A stretch of DNA of 64,000 bases from assembly GCA_030390025.1 (NCBI GenBank), contig JASTWF010000070.1, positions 930,001 through 994,000 on the forward strand, read 5' to 3'. The DNA comes from Squalus acanthias (taxonomy: Eukaryota). The number at the start of each line of letters is the position of its first letter. The first letter of the stretch is position 1. The position numbers and the translations under genes are program-made. A model generated the notes under the pieces. That model made no database searches and had not been told where the DNA came from. It saw nothing but the letters and a program-made list of their open reading frames with translations. Positions 61,671-64,000 of this stretch are shown here, piece after piece.

Positions 61671-64000
61671 ACGAGCGTGTCGGGGAAAACTGTAGAGAAA
61701 GCCAGGAAAGAGTGAGAGATGTGCAAATGGCCCTTTCACTGCAACCCCTTCACTACATCTAATTACATAGAATGTGCAGCAAAGAAACAGGCCATTCGGC
61801 CCAACAGGTCTATGCCGGTGTTTATGCTTCACACGAGCCTTCTCCCATTCTTTTACATCTCACCCTATCAACATATCCTTCTATTCCTTTCTGCCTCACG
61901 AGTTTGTATAACTTCTCCTTAAATGCATCTATGCTATTTGCCTCAACCACTCCCTGTGGTAGCGAGTTCCACATTCTAAACACACTCTGTAAAAAGAAGA
62001 TTCTCCTGAATCCCCTATTGAATTTATCAATGACTATCTTATATTTAAGTGACTGAAATGATTGTGTGCCTTTCTGAGATGGTCTCCCCTAGAAGTGGAA
62101 ACATCTCCTCTATGTCTACCTTATCAAACACTTTCATAATCTTAAATACCTCTGTCAGGTCACCCCTCAGCCTTCTCTTTTCTAGAGAAAAGAGACCCAA
62201 CCTGCTCTATCTCTGTAGATGTTGAGAGGCTGTTTCCCCCTGGCTGGAGAGTCTAGAACCTGCGGTCACAGTCTCAGAATAAGGGGTCGGCCATTTAGGA
62301 CTGAGATGAGGAGAAATTTCTTCACTCAGAGGGTGGTGAATCTTTGGAATTCTCCATCCCAGAGGGCTGTAGATGCTCGGTCGTTGAGTATATTCAAGAT
62401 AGAGATCGATAGATTTTTGAATATTAAGGGATCCAGGTATATGGGGATAGTTCAGGAAAGTGGAGATGAGGTAGAAGATTAGCCATGATCTTATTGAATG
62501 GCGGAGCAGGCTCAAAAGGCGGAATGGTCTGCTCCTGCTCCTATTTCTTATGTTCTTATGTACCACTCTATAATCCACAATCTTCCACCATCAAAGTACT
62601 TGAATATTTCATAATAATAATGTAAAACAACATTCATTTTATCGCTCTGACATCCCAACGACTCATTAACTATTTCCAGTCAATTAGATTCAAAACAGAG
62701 TAATGACTCAATTTTTTAGTAGCTGAAACTTAGAGCTGAATGGGGTGGTTTACTTAACCAAACGCCCCCTGGAGGCAACATGTGATAAGGATGTGTGTCT
62801 GATGGCGTTTCTCTATCACCCCCTGGCGACTCCTTTTCATAATTTGGAGCTGAGGTTTGGAAGCAGCGTGAGCACCACTTCCTTCCTGTGACTCCCAGAT
62901 ATCTTGCAATGTTCAATAGAGAATGATACCCACAATGCACAATCAATTCAGGACTTCAGTGGAGCCCGTAGTGGTGGAACGGTCGTTCGTGGTGAATGTT
63001 GTTCTGGGATGCTGGTATCCCAGTCTCTGTAAAGGAGAATAATCAGGGGTGTAAACTCTGCTGGCCTGTATCCTAACTGTCACCAAGTCCTGTTCACCCA
63101 TCACCCCCTGTGCTCGCTGACCTACATTGGCTCCCAGTCCGGCAACACAGCACTCCTCTCAGGGGTCCGGTTCGGCCACAATTCCCGATGAGTATTACAC
63201 GTTACTGTGAGATGGAAACTGATTTGTAGTATGCCTAACTTTTGAGTATAGAAGCGCCCCATAACACGTGGGAGATATCCCAGCCCTAGGCCAGCTTCAG
63301 AGTAGAGTCAAAAAACGTCAGGAGATGGAATTACCATTAAAGACCGGAGAAAGCTGGAGAGATTGGAGTAAAATCACTCACTGTTGAGCATATGGAAGCA
63401 CATGCAATAAACGGCACAAGAGACCAAACCAAACGCTTGTGCGGGCAAAAAGGGTGAGAGTTGCACAGACTAGGCTAGAATCCCATTGAATATAGAAGAT
63501 TAAGGGGCGATTTAATTGAGGTGTTTAAGATGATTAAAGGACTCGATAGGGTAGAGAGAGAGAAACTATTTCATCTGGTGGGGGTGTCCAGAACAAGGGG
63601 CATCACCTTAAAATTTGAGTCAGGCCGTTCAGGGATGATGTCAGAAAGCACTTCTTCACACAATAGGTAGTGGAAATCGGGAACTCTCTCCCCCAAAAAG
63701 ATGTTGAGGCTGGGTGTCAATTGCAAATTTCAAAACTGAGATTTGATACATTTTTGTTGGGTAAGGGTATTAAGGGTTACGGAACCAAGACAGGTAGATG
63801 GAGTTAAGATACAGATCAGCCATGATCTAATTGAATGGAGGAATAGGTTCGAGGTGCTGAATGGCCTCTTCCTGTTCCTATGTAACAGGCTTGAGGGGCT
63901 GAATGGCCTCTTCCTGTTCCTGTGTAACAGGCTCCTGGGGCTGAATGGTCTCCTCCTGTTCCTGTGATCCGAACTGGGAAAATAAGATGCACGATTCTCT

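Larger units (their letters stand above)
44949..64000 (+). repeat. Segmental tandem duplication, copy 2
   Basis: See copy 1; it probably extends beyond both window-defined limits. Confidence 0.95.

Overview
Vertebrate DNA, almost certainly shark or other elasmobranch, judged from the DeuSINE/SacSINE1-type SINEs, CR1 and L2 LINEs, and a cartilaginous-fish type I (sigma-cart/NS5) Ig light-chain gene. The window holds about 1.4 copies of a ~43-45 kb tandem cassette (1-21240 matches 44949-64000). Manual splicing of the exons gives a tail-to-tail pair of non-rearranging, antigen-receptor-like genes, each leader / pre-joined VJ / C1 / Cys-stalk+TM / cytoplasmic tail. Gene A (+, 8 exons, 343 aa, ITIM ILYASL) is complete at 41418-49079, and the 3' half of a paralog lies at 240-3349. 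Gene B (-, 6 exons, 301 aa, canonical FGxG J, TLYAHL tyrosine motif) is complete twice, at 8974-16112 and 54227-59206. Between the pairs is a germline-joined type I Ig light-chain gene (-, 22972-27834) with a 1-nt frameshift in FR3. Relics of further family members are present: a C1 pseudo-exon in each copy and an inverted, internally deleted pseudogene at ~36965-39400. The rest is mostly retroelements, plus a MITE, a fold-back element with hammerhead-ribozyme motifs, and mini/microsatellites. Gene models are my own reading; family names are recalled, not database hits.
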